Source: Amoebophrya sp. A120 (taxonomy: Eukaryota > Protista > Dinoflagellata). Taken from it: DNA of 64,000 nucleotides. The position numbers and the translations under genes were made by a program. The first letter of the stretch is position 1. Every line of letters starts with the position of its first letter. Below are positions 62,101 through 64,000 of the stretch, piece after piece. The DNA is taken from positions 2,955,715 to 3,019,714 of the forward strand of contig CAJINV010000003.1 of the NCBI GenBank assembly GCA_905178155.1, written 5' to 3'. The notes under the pieces were generated by a model. That model worked only from the letters and a program-made list of their open reading frames with translations, did not search any database and was not told where the DNA came from.

Positions 62101-62295
62101 TTCCTCCCTGAGCTCCCGCCGCATCTTGGTGGTTTCCTTCTTCAACTCACTACGCAGTAAAGAAAGTACGCTCTGTGATCTGCTCCGGCGCGCCAGTGTT
62201 TCCTTGGTGTCCTGGAGCCGCGCACTCTCCCCTGTCCAAAGCTGCCATGTCGCGAGCGAAACAGCCGCACATGCGTAAGTGCTGCTAATTCTCAT
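59149..62295 (-). CDS. Predicted secreted Cys-rich protein
   Basis: Signal-peptide-like MRISSTYACAAVSLATWQLWTGESA; exons join in frame: CSKNK|DCGGFVHF..WFCTK..VAAS|KPGG..TPQK|VRRFCFNP..HCVEDQKENTYIKKRIIMADFGSETEEYLKRDDMYEGSSAT*. One junction (61430-61542) is inferred. Confidence 0.6.
59177..59497. mobile_element. TIR introner family B (321 bp)
   Basis: TATCAAAGTGAAAAAAACCCCCACCCCATATC...GATATGGGAAGGGGGCATTTTTCATTGAAATA; direct repeat ACATG at 59172-59176 and 59498-59502. Confidence 0.9.
60116..60416. mobile_element. Diverged TIR introner family B (301 bp)
   Basis: CATCGAAATGAAAAATCCCCCCACCCC...GGGGAAGGATGATTTTTGCTCGGGATA; direct repeat TCCCG at 60111-60115 and 60417-60421; removal gives QEDG|TTPQK. 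Confidence 0.8.
60940..61046 (+). repeat. Duplicated (CAT)n-TTATCCTGCACT-G-rich unit inside an intron
   Basis: Two copies, at ~60940-60980 and ~61007-61046. Confidence 0.7.
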
Positions 62296-63492
62296 TCCGT
62301 AAGGGCTTACTGTGGTGTGTGAGCACGGGTGTGTGGAAAGGAATCGACTGCAAAGAGCCCGTGATCGTGTGCCCCCGTTCCTTGACTTGCTACGACGCAG
62401 CGGTGCTTGTTTTCCACAACCGCAGCCTGGGGATTATTCGCCGTGCGTCTAAATTCTCCCATTATCATCACTCATGACGCAAGAAACAGGCGGCATGACT
62501 ATTCCTTCTTTATCTATTTCTTCGCGCTGCCACTCATCTTCTCTCAGTTGGTGCCATCAGTTCAAATGCTGCAGAGGAACGACCACGAAAACAGCGCAGC
62601 GGCTCTCAAACAGTTGATCGCAACATGTGGGGCAAGAATATCATCATGATTTCTGCAAGGTAGGTAATACACACCTACAACCCCCATGTTTGTATGGGGT
62701 CGTACTATACACATACACACCCCAAGATGATGATGTTGTGGACTCGATAATCATCTTCCGCTCGTAACTCGAGACACGCATCGCGTGTCCCTGTCCCCCA
62801 TCTAATTTAGTGATGACGATTCCATGTGCTGAGGACTATCAGTAAGTTCATTACTCTCCCTCACCCTCAGCTCACCCTATTCCCTGGCAACGCAAAGGCT
62901 CAAAACGAACGCACAACGCCGCTTCAGACCAGGAAAGTCCTCGTCTCCTGCACAAAGGCAGATCTTCGTGCACTGTGCGCGTTCTATTTCTCATGAATAT
63001 CGATTCATTTTTCAGCCACCACCTTCGCGGGGCACAAAAAACGAAAATTAATTATTATTATGCATTTCCTCAATCACCAACAAATTACTTTCCCTGCTTT
63101 TGCATGGGTCATGTTTCTATCTTGTCAGGTTCATACCATAAATCTTGGATAATAATCATGTGAACGTTAGTACAATCTCTGCAACAAAGACGTGCTATAG
63201 TATCTGAAGTTGAATCGGATCGACTTATTTTTCAGCATCTTACACGTATGGTAAAAGTAATTTCAGTAAAAATATTACTGTAGACCTAGTGCAAATCTTG
63301 CACAGTGGTTCAGCCATCCGTACACGCAGTTCCAGTTTTGTTATCAGGGCGGTGCATTGATGGAGAGACGATATTAAATAGCAGACCTGACAAACCACAA
63401 TCCGACTTCTGATTAAAATAGGTGTCTGTCGACGATCAAAAATGCTCAGAACTTTCCTGTGATTGTAAGAAGATCGTCGTCTCGCAAGTGGT

Positions 63493-64000
63493 TTAGCGCC
63501 CCGCCGCCGTGGTCGTGCTCGTGCTCGTGGTCTGGCCCTCGTACATGTCCGCGGCTGTCAAGTAGTCCTCGGTCTGGGATCCGAAGTCCGCCATGATGAT
63601 GCGCTTCTTGATGTTATCCTGAGCAAAAACGTCCCCACCCCAGAGTTGTCATGCTAAACAAAATGCGACACACTTTGGCCCCCCATTGTACCATGGCCAC
63701 AGGACCCCAGAGTTGTCATGCAGATCCGCAAGCACAAGAGCATTTGTAATGCGCATCCTCATGAGAGGCATTTCTCATCGTGTTTTGTGACTTGTAATGC
63801 TGTGAACAGGATAAGGAGATGGATTTGTTATGCGGATTCCCTTGCTAAACTGCATTACACTACAGCCTGCACCTTGTCATGCGTCGCTCCCAAAACTTTA
63901 AGGTTTGTGTTGCAAAATCCCCATCTTGACTCTGGAGTGGGGACATTTTTACTCAGGATAGATGTAGGTGTTCTCCTTCGCATCCTCCTTGCAGTGCGAC
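63493..64000 (-). CDS. 3' end of a paralog of the 59149-62295 Cys-rich protein (partial)
   Basis: After element removal it reads HCKEDAKENTYI|KKRIIMADFGSQTEDYLTAADMYEGQTTSTSTTTAAGR*. Confidence 0.85.
63615..63960. mobile_element. TIR introner family C (346 bp, internal duplication)
   Basis: TATCCTGAGCAAAAACGTCCCCAC...GTGGGGACATTTTTACTCAGGATA; direct repeat GATGT at 63610-63614 and 63961-63965. Confidence 0.92.

Overview
Eukaryotic, intron-containing, GC-rich protist DNA. All ~12 recognisable genes lie on the minus strand: LCCL membrane protein, mitochondrial uL24, a hypothetical protein, a GST/eEF1B-gamma-like protein, a giant tandem-PDZ-like protein, a giant GAS2/GAR-domain protein, a 2xRRM hnRNP-like protein, a Get3/ArsA ATPase, a Ser/Thr kinase, RPL24, TPGS2 and two paralogous Cys-rich proteins. 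The dominant signal is 14 short elements (135-370 bp) inserted inside exons. They belong to at least 5 terminal-inverted-repeat families, have TAY...RTA ends (one end degenerate) and 5-bp flanking direct repeats, and lack a fixed GT-AG. In every case, deleting the element plus one repeat copy restores the reading frame, and two families occur in both orientations. They look like non-canonical, transposon-derived introns (introners). Together with the unidirectional gene array, this suggests an Amoebophrya-like (Syndiniales) dinoflagellate; this is inference, not a database result. Other highlights are a Get3/ArsA ATPase with a predicted signal peptide, an STI1-like tail and a C-terminal HDEL; two stacked 1.2-1.5 kb insertions at one coding site with 39- and 57-bp duplications; and tandem paralogs with reciprocal empty/occupied introner sites. 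Gene models were built by hand and exon edges are approximate.
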